Source of the DNA: Bacilli bacterium
GTDB taxonomy: Bacteria > Bacillota_I > Bacilli_A > RFN20 > CAG-826
Length of the DNA stretch: 64,000 nucleotides
NCBI GenBank assembly: GCA_040396875.1
Contig: JBBAWZ010000005.1
Coordinates: 2,552 to 66,551, forward strand
Reading direction: 5' to 3'
The notes beneath the pieces were generated by a model. The model was given only the letters and a program-made list of their open reading frames with translations. It was not told the DNA's origin and did no database searches. Shown piece after piece: positions 21,669 through 30,605 of this stretch. The stretch's first letter is position 1. Each line of letters opens with the position of its first letter. A program made the translations under genes and the position numbers.

Positions 21669-21705
21669 AAAAAAGAAAAATTAGGGAATATTATATATTC
21701 CCTAA
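21669..21705 (-). terminator. Rho-independent terminator after dnaN
   Basis: TTAGGGAATA-loop-TATTCCCTAA is a 10-bp stem followed on the minus strand by TTTTTCTTTTTT. Confidence 0.75.
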
Positions 21706-21731
21706 AGTGCTCTTAAAATGCGTTTAAATGG

Positions 21732-22853
21732 TTAATACGTGCGCACTGGCGTTGCTAACTGGATGAGGGAGTCATCTTTATCGTTTTTTAAGACAAATGG
21801 TCTCATATCGCCAATAAATCCAATTTTGATATCTTCAGCCCCAAAAGCACGAATCGCTTCCATGAGATAAAATGCATTAAAACTAACTTCAAAACGATCA
21901 CCGTTAAAGGAGAACTTGGTTAAAGGTTCACTGGCGGATCCAATTTGTGCAGATTTACTAGAAACTTCCACCGCGGTTTCACTCATCGTTAACTTGACCA
22001 CATTTTCTCTTTCAACAGAGAGTAAAGCGACACGTTCCATGACCGCTAACAATTCTTTGGCGTTCGCTACTAAATAATAGTTGGAAGTTTTAGGAATGAT
22101 ATTGGAGGTGTTTGGATATTCTCCACCAATTAAACGAGAGATCACTAAGGTGTTTCCAAATTCAAAGGTTGCTCGTTTTTCGGTAAAAGAAAGATTGATC
22201 ATGGGTTCGTGTTCCATCATCGAGGTCACTTCGATTAAAGTTCTTGCAGGAACATTACTAACAAATTTAACAGGTTTATTAATATTGATTTGTTTTCTAG
22301 ATAAACGAGCAGAGTCAGTCGCGGTGGCCACCAATTTACCATCAGAAGCCTCTAAATTAACTGCAGTCATAATCGGTCTTTGTTCTTTTGTAGAAGCTGC
22401 AAACGCTGTTTGTTCAACGACTTTCTTCAGTATCTTTGTTTCGATTTCTAACGATACACCAGCGGTATCAAGATCTAATTCTGGATATTCTTCAACTTTA
22501 ATCGAGTTAAGTTTATAGGTTGAACGACCATCACTAACATTGACGATGGTGTCATCAAATAATTCAACGGTTAATTGTTGCCCTTCAACTTTTCTGGCAA
22601 TTTCTCCAAATAATTTTGCATTCACCAATGTTCCGCCGTTTTTAGTATCCGTTAACAGTGTTTTACCTTTGATGGCAAAAGGCACTCTTGTCACAATGGA
22701 TAATTCATTATTGGAACTGACGATGGTTAAACCCTTATCATCTACAACCAGTTTGTAATTACTTAGGACTGGGATAGGTGTCTTCATTGCAATCGCTTTA
22801 CTCGCAATATTAATTGCTTTTAATAATTCATCACGAAGGACTGTAAATTTCAT
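21732..22853 (-). CDS. dnaN: DNA polymerase III beta sliding clamp
   Basis: 373 aa immediately downstream of dnaA, with clamp-like three-domain repetitive beta sequence. Confidence 0.95.
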   Translation of the reverse strand: MKFTVLRDELLKAINIASKAIAMKTPIPVLSNYKLVVDDKGLTIVSSNNELSIVTRVPFAIKGKTLLTDTKNGGTLVNAKLFGEIARKVEGQQLTVELFDDTIVNVSDGRSTYKLNSIKVEEYPELDLDTAGVSLEIETKILKKVVEQTAFAASTKEQRPIMTAVNLEASDGKLVATATDSARLSRKQININKPVKFVSNVPARTLIEVTSMMEHEPMINLSFTEKRATFEFGNTLVISRLIGGEYPNTSNIIPKTSNYYLVANAKELLAVMERVALLSVERENVVKLTMSETAVEVSSKSAQIGSASEPLTKFSFNGDRFEVSFNAFYLMEAIRAFGAEDIKIGFIGDMRPFVLKNDKDDSLIQLATPVRTY

Positions 22854-22894
22854 ATTTATATCTCTCCTTAAAGATTAATAATGATAATAAGGCG

Positions 22895-22912
22895 TGTGGA
22901 TGTTGTGGATAA
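22895..22912. promoter_or_regulatory. DnaA boxes in the dnaA-dnaN spacer (second oriC segment)
   Basis: Perfect TGTGGATAA at 22904-22912, preceded by the degenerate TGTGGATGT at 22895-22903. AT-rich DNA follows. Confidence 0.7.
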
Positions 22913-22986
22913 CTGAGTGATCATCTTAATTCGTCTATTATTTTACCACATTTAATCTAAAGTTTTATTCTAGATATATGCGTTTA

Positions 22987-24351
22987 TTACGCTTTTTTTA
23001 ATCGCTTTTGTAATTGGTCAATCGCAGTGGCAATTGCTTCATCAACTTTCAACGATTTTTCCACTTTCTTTACAGCGTTCATCACAGTGGAATGATCCTT
23101 ACCACCGAAGAGGGCACCAATCTTTAAAAATGGTACATCTAATAAGTTACGAATGAGGTACATAGCAATATGTCTAGCCATGGCAATTTGATTCGTGCGG
23201 ATTTTACCTGTTAATTGTTGATTCGTTAGATTGTAATAATCAGCAACCGTATTAATAATTCGGTTCTCTGTTAATGAAGAATGATTGCCAGAGCCAATAA
23301 GTGGTTGGACAGATTCAATCGCAATATCCATCGTGATATGTTTGGTTTGTTTAATGTTAATGACATAAAACACCAATCGATTCAAAGCCCCTTCTAATTC
23401 GCGCACATTATTGGAAAAACGTTCTGCAAAAAAGTGAAAAACTTCTTCATCAAAGTAGGTGATATCGAGTCCATTTGCCTCAATCTTCTTTTTAAGAATG
23501 GCAACGCGAGTGGGTAAATCTGGAACTGTAATATTCATGGTTAAACCGGAACTAAATCTCGTCACTAATCGTGATTCTACGCCTCGAATTTCACTTGGGT
23601 GTCGATCACTTGTTAAGATGATTTGTTTTCCTGAGTTAATTAAATGATTAAAGATATGGAAAAACATTTCTTCTGTTTTCACCTTTTCTGCTAAGAATTG
23701 AACATCATCCACCATTAGCACATCAATGGATTTAAAAAAGTCTTTCATGTTGTCGGAGTCTTTTTCACCACTGACATACTTGATAAATTCATCCACAAAA
23801 TCATCGGTGGTAATGTACAACACTTTCAAAGTAGGTGCATTTTCTCTAATGTAGTTACCAATCGCATGAAGTAAGTGAGTCTTACCCAAGCCAGACTGTG
23901 CATAAATAAATAGGGGATTATAATTGAATAATTTTCCTGGACTCGATGCAATTAATACAGCTGCTTGATGAGCTTCTCGATTAGATGTTCCAACGACAAA
24001 GTTATCAAATGTATATTTACGATTGACGAAGGAACTTGCAAAAAAAGAAGGTTTCTTTTCAACCTTTTTGGCGTTCTTTTCTAAATCCCCTTTTTGAAGA
24101 AACGAAAGTTTAAAGTTAGTTTGAGTAACCTCAATCACAGTCATATTGAGAACATCTAAGTATTTGGTGGACAGTAAATTTGCAGCCAAACCTGAATTTA
24201 CAACGACTTTAATCTCATCATTTTCAAGGGAGTGAATATAGGTGTCACCAAAAAAAGAATCAAAAATATGACGATCGTTGATACGTGTTTGTAATTTTTC
24301 GAGCACGCGATCCCAAATTTGGGCTATTTCAGATAAGGTGGGGTTTACCAT
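22987..24351 (-). CDS. dnaA: Chromosomal replication initiator DnaA
   Basis: GLGKTHLLHAIGN Walker A, the IILTSDR box and the C-terminal DnaA signature KDHSTVMNAVKKV. Start trimmed to MVNPTLSEIAQIW; the upstream track extension runs into a DnaA box. Confidence 0.95.
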   Translation of the reverse strand: MVNPTLSEIAQIWDRVLEKLQTRINDRHIFDSFFGDTYIHSLENDEIKVVVNSGLAANLLSTKYLDVLNMTVIEVTQTNFKLSFLQKGDLEKNAKKVEKKPSFFASSFVNRKYTFDNFVVGTSNREAHQAAVLIASSPGKLFNYNPLFIYAQSGLGKTHLLHAIGNYIRENAPTLKVLYITTDDFVDEFIKYVSGEKDSDNMKDFFKSIDVLMVDDVQFLAEKVKTEEMFFHIFNHLINSGKQIILTSDRHPSEIRGVESRLVTRFSSGLTMNITVPDLPTRVAILKKKIEANGLDITYFDEEVFHFFAERFSNNVRELEGALNRLVFYVINIKQTKHITMDIAIESVQPLIGSGNHSSLTENRIINTVADYYNLTNQQLTGKIRTNQIAMARHIAMYLIRNLLDVPFLKIGALFGGKDHSTVMNAVKKVEKSLKVDEAIATAIDQLQKRLKKA

Positions 24352-24412
24352 ACGCTCAACATTATAGTAAATAGATGTGTAAAAAAATACCCGAAAAATT
24401 GTAAAAAATCTT

Positions 24413-24529
24413 TTATCCACAATTTAACGATTCAAAGTCTCGATTTGGTCTTACTTTCCACCCAATCCACAACTTGAATATGTGGATAACTTTGTGGACA
24501 ATCTTATCCACAACAAAATCGGTGGATAA
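24413..24529. promoter_or_regulatory. oriC DnaA-box cluster upstream of dnaA
   Basis: Perfect boxes are TTATCCACA (24413-24421), TGTGGATAA (24481-24489) and TTATCCACA (24504-24512). Near-consensus boxes are CAATCCACA (24463-24471), TGTGGACAA (24493-24501) and GGTGGATAA (24521-24529). AT-rich DNA lies to the right. Confidence 0.85.
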
Positions 24530-24614
24530 AACCAAAATCATTCGATTATTGGTTCATAACATAATTTAATTGAACAGGAGTGGTTTTTGGAATTGTAATT
24601 AAAATGGTTTTGTT

Positions 24615-24644
24615 TTGACAATTTCACTACTTAATGACTATAAT
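24615..24644 (+). promoter_or_regulatory. Sigma-70-type promoter for rpmH-rnpA
   Basis: TTGACA (24615-24620), an 18-nt spacer, then TATAAT (24639-24644). Confidence 0.6.
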
Positions 24645-24683
24645 TTTATGCGCATACAAAATGTATGACCTGGAGGTTTTCGG

Positions 24684-24818
24684 ATGAAACGCACATATCA
24701 ACCAAGCAAGAGACGTCGTCAATCAATTCATGGATTTCGTGAAAGAATGGCTACCCCTGGCGGCCGTAAAGTTTTGAAATCTCGCCGTCAACAAGGTAGA
24801 AAGAAACTTTCTGCTTAG
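24684..24818 (+). CDS. rpmH: 50S ribosomal protein L34
   Basis: My own translation is [44 protein letters not shown] (44 aa, below the track cutoff). GGAGG RBS. Confidence 0.93.
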   Translation: MKRTYQPSKRRRQSIHGFRERMATPGGRKVLKSRRQQGRKKLSA

Positions 24819-24834
24819 TTTAAGGTAGGTCTTT

Positions 24835-25173
24835 GTGAAACGAAGTCATCGTTTACTTAAAGACGCTGACTTTCAAACGGTTCTCAACCAAAAAAGATTT
24901 CTTAAATCACAAGAATTCAATTTGTATGGTTCAAAGCAAGCTTTAGGACTTACGAGAGTTGGGTTATCCGTGGGGAAAAAAGTTGGGAATGCAGTCGTTA
25001 GGAATAAGATACGGCGACAAATTAGAATGATGTTATCTACCAACCTTGATCTTAACGATTCTATCGATTACATCGTCATGGTTCGATCACCCTATCTTTT
25101 ACAAACATTTCAAATCAATCAAACAAATTTATTGAACTTAATCAAAAATTTGCGGAGGAAGATAATCGGATGA
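24835..25173 (+). CDS. rnpA: Ribonuclease P protein component
   Basis: GTG start directly after rpmH. Basic 112-aa protein containing VGNAVVRNKIRRQIR (RNR motif). Confidence 0.88.
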   Translation: MKRSHRLLKDADFQTVLNQKRFLKSQEFNLYGSKQALGLTRVGLSVGKKVGNAVVRNKIRRQIRMMLSTNLDLNDSIDYIVMVRSPYLLQTFQINQTNLLNLIKNLRRKIIG

Positions 25174-26501
25174 AACTCACCAAACCACAAAAACTCATGG
25201 TCTTTCTTGGAGGATTATTTATTTTATCCTCTTGCACTGCAAGTTTTTGTTCCACACAAGACATTAGTCGCGTGATGTACGCCTACGAAAGTGGCAATAC
25301 GAGCGAAGATCCCAATCAATTCGTTCCAAACACTGGCTTACAAGGCATTATTGATGAAGCCGAATCTAATGGTTTTGATACACCTTCTGATGCATTTTGG
25401 CTAGCGTTAGACGCGAAAGTATTGGAAGCTGCAACGATTGCCGCCACCTCTAATAACGAAACCAATCTTGATGATCAAGCCATCCTCACCAATTACGGTT
25501 ATGTAAAATTTTTAGGTACCAACTCAGTTTTGTGGGGTAACTTTAATCGCTGGGTCAACGAAATCAAACTCGAATTACCATTAAGTGAAACACCAAACTT
25601 AGACTTCACTAATCTATATAAGACAACGATTGACCAATTCGCTTCACAATATCGTTCATGCATTACGACCACAACAGGAAGTTATGGACCTAATGGTGAA
25701 TATTTATTTGAAGGTAAAACTTGGGCTGAAGCATTTAATCGCGGTTTGATTGAAGGTTTGTTTGTGTATCCAGTGGCCTTCCTTGTAGAATTCTTTAACA
25801 ACTTATTTGTTTCTGATATTTCAGGCTTAAGCCAAGTGCTAGCCATTCTTGTCACCACCGTTATCGTCAGAGGTTTGATGATTGCAGTAACATTTAAATC
25901 AACGTTAGCCTCACAAAAAATGAGCTTACTCCAACCAGAAATTGCTAAATTACAAAATAAATATCCTAATGCGAATACCAATCAATATGAGAAGCAAAGA
26001 ATGGCCCAAGAACAATGGGCGATTTACCAAAAACACGGCGTAAACCCATTCAATCAAATCTTGGTGGCATTTGTTCAATTCCCAGTCTTTATCGCGGTTT
26101 GGGGTGCGATGACAGGATCAGCTGTTCTTGCAACCGGTAGCTTCTTAGGTTTAAACCTTGCTTCACCATTAGGTGGCGTCATCACTTCAAGTTGGTTCCA
26201 AGGACCATGGTGGACCGCTAGTGTTATTTTTGTACTCATGACACTTGCGCAATTCATTGCGATGAAATTACCAATGTGGTTCCAAAAATCAGCCCAAAAG
26301 AAAGTCGCTCATACCGTCAAAAGTAGTGCCGCACAACAATCACAATCTCAAGCTAACATGGTTAGTAACGTCATGTTTATTATGATTATTGTGATGGGTT
26401 TCTCGTTGCCTAGCGCGATGGGAATTTATTGGTTTATTGGTGCCTTAATTTCCTTAGCTCAAACCCTATTAACCCGTAAACTTATCGGAGGTAAAAAATG
26501 A
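25170..26501 (+). CDS. yidC: Membrane protein insertase YidC/Oxa1 family (lipoprotein type, with a long extracytoplasmic N-domain)
   Basis: LFILSSC lipobox. The conserved core includes KMSLLQPEIAKLQNKY, QKHGVNPF and GLNLASP. It sits in the rnpA-yidC-jag position. Confidence 0.9.
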   Translation: MKLTKPQKLMVFLGGLFILSSCTASFCSTQDISRVMYAYESGNTSEDPNQFVPNTGLQGIIDEAESNGFDTPSDAFWLALDAKVLEAATIAATSNNETNLDDQAILTNYGYVKFLGTNSVLWGNFNRWVNEIKLELPLSETPNLDFTNLYKTTIDQFASQYRSCITTTTGSYGPNGEYLFEGKTWAEAFNRGLIEGLFVYPVAFLVEFFNNLFVSDISGLSQVLAILVTTVIVRGLMIAVTFKSTLASQKMSLLQPEIAKLQNKYPNANTNQYEKQRMAQEQWAIYQKHGVNPFNQILVAFVQFPVFIAVWGAMTGSAVLATGSFLGLNLASPLGGVITSSWFQGPWWTASVIFVLMTLAQFIAMKLPMWFQKSAQKKVAHTVKSSAAQQSQSQANMVSNVMFIMIIVMGFSLPSAMGIYWFIGALISLAQTLLTRKLIGGKK

Positions 26502-27097
26502 AAACTTACACCACCAAAACACTAGAAGATGCATTGGCCCAAGCAGAAAAAGAATTAAAAATTCCCGCCAACGATTTGTCATATAAAATTGTTGAAGAAA
26601 AAGCTGGTTTATTTTCTAAAAAACTCGTTGTTGAAGTATATGAAGTGTCAGACGCAATTGCCTTTGCTGAAGCCTATCTTGTCAAAACTATTTCCCAATT
26701 TGGTATTGAAGTTAAAACCAAAACCGAATTAAAAGACGACATCATTAACATTACATTAGACACCGCTAGAAACCCAATTTTGATTGGTAAAAATGGTGTT
26801 ACCTTACAAGCGTTAAATGAACTTGTTCGCCTTGCCACTTCCAGCAAATTTAAAAAACGCTTCCGGATTTTACTCGATATCAATGATTACAAAGAAGCGA
26901 AATACGACAAGGTTGTTTCAATTGCAAAACGGCTCGCCAAAGATGTCGTTCGTACCAAACAAGACATAACACTTGATCCTATGCCTGCTGATGAAAGACG
27001 AATGGTGCATAACGCACTTACTGGCATGCCCAATATCAAAACTGAAAGTGTGGGCGAAGGAGCCCATCGCGCCATTTGCATCCGCTATATCGCATAA
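26498..27097 (+). CDS. khpB: Jag/KhpB RNA-binding protein (Jag_N + KH + R3H)
   Basis: LIGKNGVTLQALNELV (KH GxxG) and a C-terminal R3H region ERRMVHNAL. Conserved position after yidC. Confidence 0.85.
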   Translation: MKTYTTKTLEDALAQAEKELKIPANDLSYKIVEEKAGLFSKKLVVEVYEVSDAIAFAEAYLVKTISQFGIEVKTKTELKDDIINITLDTARNPILIGKNGVTLQALNELVRLATSSKFKKRFRILLDINDYKEAKYDKVVSIAKRLAKDVVRTKQDITLDPMPADERRMVHNALTGMPNIKTESVGEGAHRAICIRYIA

Positions 27098-27099
27098 CC

Positions 27100-27120
27100 A
27101 AAGCCCGAAAGGGCTTTTTT
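27100..27120 (+). terminator. Rho-independent terminator-like hairpin after jag
   Basis: AAAGCCC-GAAA-GGGCTTT followed by TTT; the loop is a GNRA tetraloop. Confidence 0.65.
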
Positions 27121-27125
27121 AATCC

Positions 27126-28463
27126 ATGAACCTATTTACAGATACCATAGTTGCATTAGCCACTCCACCCACCAAAAGTGCGTTAGCAATTATTCGTTTA
27201 TCTGGACCTCAAGCTTTTTCTTTGTTCTCTAGTATTTTTTCTAAAAACCTGACACTAGAAACAGAAAGAGGAGTTCATTTAGGTACGATCACCTACCAAG
27301 ATGAAATCATTGATCAAGCGATTGTCATTCAATATATTGAACCGAAGAGTTTTACAGGTGAAAACTTATTAGAAATTATCATTCATGGTTCACCCTTAAT
27401 TGCCCAACAATTGATTGAAGTGTTAATCACAAAAGGTGCAAGAAGCGCTAATCCAGGGGAGTTTTCTTCACGAGCTTATCTCAATCAAAAAATGGATTTG
27501 GTTCAAGCGGAAGCGATTCACGATGTCATTCAAGCAACGACCATTGAAGCTAAAAGACTCTCGTTGTTGTCCTTAACAGGAAAAACTAGTGAAAAGTTAA
27601 ACCCAATCAGACAACGTATTGCAGATATCTTATCGCTTATTGAAGTTAACATTGATTACCCCGAATACCAAGACATTGAACAAGCAAGCAAAGAAAAAAT
27701 CATCACCGATTGTACTGACATCGTCACCCAACTTAATACTTTAATTATCGAGGGTGAAAAAGGCCGATTGATCAAAGAAGGGATCAAGGTCGCGATTATT
27801 GGTAAACCGAATGTTGGAAAATCATCACTTTTAAATGCTTTAATCAACGAAGAAAAGGCGATTGTGACAGATATTGCAGGTACCACACGTGATGTGGTTG
27901 AAGCTGAATTAAATCTTCAAGGTGTGGTGTTAAAAATATTAGATACCGCAGGCATTCGTCAAACTGAAAATGTGATTGAAGCGATTGGCATTCGTAAATC
28001 GATTGAAACAGTTCAACAAGCCGATCTTGTGATTTATGTCTTAGACGCGACGAATCCGAGTAAATTCGATAACAAGGAACTTAACATCATTTTGCAAGAT
28101 AAACCCGTTATTGAGGTTTATAACAAAAGCGATTTAATTCAAAAAAACAACAAAGATAGACTATATATTGCCGCCAAAACCAAAGACATTCAACCACTTT
28201 TAAATGCCATGATTCGTCGTTTGGGTATTCAAGAAGCAAACTATTACACACCAAGTTTCAACAACACGCGACAACTTGGATCTCTAAAACAAATCCGTGA
28301 ATATTTACAAAAAGCAATCGAAGACGCAAAAGAAAACCTTACAACAGATTTGCTCTCCTCATCATTACAACTTGCTTATCAAGAAATCATTCGATTATTG
28401 GGGTTAGAAGGAAAAATGAATTTAGACGGTGAAATCTTTTCCCGCTTTTGTGTAGGGAAATAA
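27126..28463 (+). CDS. mnmE: tRNA uridine-5-carboxymethylaminomethyl modification GTPase MnmE
   Basis: DTIVALATPP N-terminus, GKPNVGKSSLLNAL G1 motif, DTAGIR G3 motif and the C-terminal FCVGK. Confidence 0.95.
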   Translation: MNLFTDTIVALATPPTKSALAIIRLSGPQAFSLFSSIFSKNLTLETERGVHLGTITYQDEIIDQAIVIQYIEPKSFTGENLLEIIIHGSPLIAQQLIEVLITKGARSANPGEFSSRAYLNQKMDLVQAEAIHDVIQATTIEAKRLSLLSLTGKTSEKLNPIRQRIADILSLIEVNIDYPEYQDIEQASKEKIITDCTDIVTQLNTLIIEGEKGRLIKEGIKVAIIGKPNVGKSSLLNALINEEKAIVTDIAGTTRDVVEAELNLQGVVLKILDTAGIRQTENVIEAIGIRKSIETVQQADLVIYVLDATNPSKFDNKELNIILQDKPVIEVYNKSDLIQKNNKDRLYIAAKTKDIQPLLNAMIRRLGIQEANYYTPSFNNTRQLGSLKQIREYLQKAIEDAKENLTTDLLSSSLQLAYQEIIRLLGLEGKMNLDGEIFSRFCVGK

Positions 28464-29242
28464 TGAAATTAATTGATACACACTGTCATTTAAATGCAGA
28501 TCCGTTTGTTGAGTCATGGTCTTCCGTTTTAGTACAAGCTAACCAGGTAGGTGTATCGAATTGTTTTGTAGTGGGTTGGGATGAAGCATCCTCCCAAAGA
28601 GCTATTGACCTCGCAAAACAAAACAAACCAATTAAAGCGATTATAGGACTTCATCCTGTTGAAACAAAAGAAGGATCTTCTTTAGAATGGATTTTCAATC
28701 AATATCGATTTGCAACATCATCGATTGTTGCGATTGGTGAAATTGGCCTCGACTATTACTGGAAAAAGGAATTTAAAGACCGCGAACTTCAAATTCAATT
28801 TCTAATCAAACAAATTGATATTGCAAACCAACTTAACCTTCCGATTGTGATTCATTGCCGTGACGCTTATGATGCTATCCTTCCTGTTTTAAAAGCTCAT
28901 CCCGTAAATCGAGGTGGGGTTATGCATTGTTATGCTGGATCCTCAACCCTAGTTCAATCCTTTGTCGACTTAGGCTTCTACCTATCTTTCGGGGGTCCAA
29001 TCACATTCAAGAATGCCACTGAGGCTAGGTTGGCTTTAAAGACCACACCCTTAGAAAGAATACTCATTGAAACAGATAGCCCATACCTCAGCCCCCACCC
29101 CTTGAGAGGTAAGGAAAACACACCCACTAACCTTCCCATTATTTTTAATCAAGTTTGTGAAACACTCCAACTTTCAAAAGAAACCCTTGAACCAATTCTC
29201 TATAAAAATACACTTAAAGCGTTTCACGTGAAAACATTATGA
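28463..29242 (+). CDS. tatD: TatD family metal-dependent hydrolase/DNase
   Basis: IDTHCHL at the N-terminus, GEIGLDYYW, IHCRDA and ETDSPYL. TAATG overlap with mnmE. Confidence 0.9.
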   Translation: MKLIDTHCHLNADPFVESWSSVLVQANQVGVSNCFVVGWDEASSQRAIDLAKQNKPIKAIIGLHPVETKEGSSLEWIFNQYRFATSSIVAIGEIGLDYYWKKEFKDRELQIQFLIKQIDIANQLNLPIVIHCRDAYDAILPVLKAHPVNRGGVMHCYAGSSTLVQSFVDLGFYLSFGGPITFKNATEARLALKTTPLERILIETDSPYLSPHPLRGKENTPTNLPIIFNQVCETLQLSKETLEPILYKNTLKAFHVKTL

Positions 29243-29772
29243 AGTTACAATTGAATGCCCTTCTTGTGGTTGAAGGAACGACGGATGTCCAAAAATTAAT
29301 GCCGTTTGTGGATGCAGAGTTTGTTGTAACAAACGGTTCAGCTGTTTCTAAGGAAACCATCCAATTTATACTCGAAGCAAAACGTAGGGGCAAAGAAGTT
29401 ATCGTTCTCACGGACCCTGATTTCCCTGGTGAACAAATACGTCACAAGCTTGATCAATCGATACCCGGATTAACACACATTTATCTTGAAAAACAAAAAG
29501 CCATTGCAAAACATAAAGTTGGTGTTGCCCAAGCTCAATCTGATTATCTTTTGCAATCTTTAAAACACAAAATCACTGCAAAACCATCACCTATACAATC
29601 GATAAGCATGAGCGATTTGCAAGCGTTAGGTTTGGTCGGAGATGTATCTTCTTCTCATTTGAGAGCGAAGGTCCTAAGCCACTTTCACTTGGGGTCTGCA
29701 AACGTAAAAACAATGTTGAAGAGATTAAACTTTCTTGGTATTCGTTCGGATGAGGTAAAATCAATCTTATGA
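29239..29772 (+). CDS. rnmV: Ribonuclease M5 (Toprim)
   Basis: LLVVEGTTDVQKL and VLTDPDFPGEQIR motifs. It sits in the tatD-rnmV-rsmA arrangement. Confidence 0.88.
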   Translation: MKLQLNALLVVEGTTDVQKLMPFVDAEFVVTNGSAVSKETIQFILEAKRRGKEVIVLTDPDFPGEQIRHKLDQSIPGLTHIYLEKQKAIAKHKVGVAQAQSDYLLQSLKHKITAKPSPIQSISMSDLQALGLVGDVSSSHLRAKVLSHFHLGSANVKTMLKRLNFLGIRSDEVKSIL

Positions 29773-30581
29773 AACGACACCAACCCATTGAACAACTATT
29801 GAATCAACTCAATGTCTCACCATTGAAACGATATGGGCAAAACTTTTTAATCGATCAAGAAGTGATTTCAATGATTGTAAAAAGTGCAAAATTAGAAAAA
29901 AACGATCGAGTTTTAGAAATTGGACCAGGTTTGGGTGCCATCACGCAAGCCCTTCCACTAGCAACCATTCAATACACTTCCTATGAAATCGATCAAACAT
30001 TCCATCGATACTTAGAAAAGGAATTCCCATCGGGAACCCATCATCGACAAAACTTTTTGAAAGCTAGCTCAGAACCAACCGATATCATTCTCGGTAATCT
30101 TCCTTATTACATGACCACCGAAATCATAGAAAAAATATATAAAGATTTTCCTAACTTTAAACGGTCCGTTATCATGGTTCAAAAAGAAGTCCTACCAAGA
30201 TTGATAGCAAAACCCGGAGATGAAGCATATGGGCCTCTTGCTATCTTTCTAGCCACACTTGGGACCATTCAAACCATTCTTGAAGTCAATCCCCAATCCT
30301 TTTATCCAGAACCCCATGTCCAATCTGTGATCTTCTCAATTGAAGGTTTTGACGGTGGACCCCTAACCCAAACGAAAACATTCTTTTATTTCATCAAGAA
30401 ACTTTTCCTTCACCGCCGCAAAACCATTCTCAATAATTTAGAAGGTATTACCAAAGATCGCGCTAAAGCTACAAGTATGTTGAACCAAATTGGAATACCA
30501 ACAAACGCTAGACCTGAAACCGTATCAGTCCAACAATATTTATCTTTATTTGCGTTGGAACCTACGCAAAACAATTTATAA
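29769..30581 (+). CDS. rsmA: 16S rRNA (adenine1518/1519-N6)-dimethyltransferase
   Basis: KRYGQNFLID, the VLEIGPGLGAIT SAM-binding motif and GNLPYY. Confidence 0.93.
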   Translation: MKRHQPIEQLLNQLNVSPLKRYGQNFLIDQEVISMIVKSAKLEKNDRVLEIGPGLGAITQALPLATIQYTSYEIDQTFHRYLEKEFPSGTHHRQNFLKASSEPTDIILGNLPYYMTTEIIEKIYKDFPNFKRSVIMVQKEVLPRLIAKPGDEAYGPLAIFLATLGTIQTILEVNPQSFYPEPHVQSVIFSIEGFDGGPLTQTKTFFYFIKKLFLHRRKTILNNLEGITKDRAKATSMLNQIGIPTNARPETVSVQQYLSLFALEPTQNNL

Positions 30582-30605
30582 TTAAAAGGGGAGAAACTAA
30601 CGCAT

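Noticed and set aside
24352-24420. An upstream extension of dnaA (MDKRFFTIFRVFFYTSIYYNVER). Similar N-terminal extensions appear in the track for metG, rpmE, pmbA, rpsF, rlmH, tatD, ppdK and the 6560 ORF.
   Set aside because: The extensions lack homology to the family N-termini and lack an RBS. For dnaA the extension overlaps a DnaA box and the promoter. Internal ATGs match the conserved N-termini and have a Shine-Dalgarno sequence or stop/start coupling.
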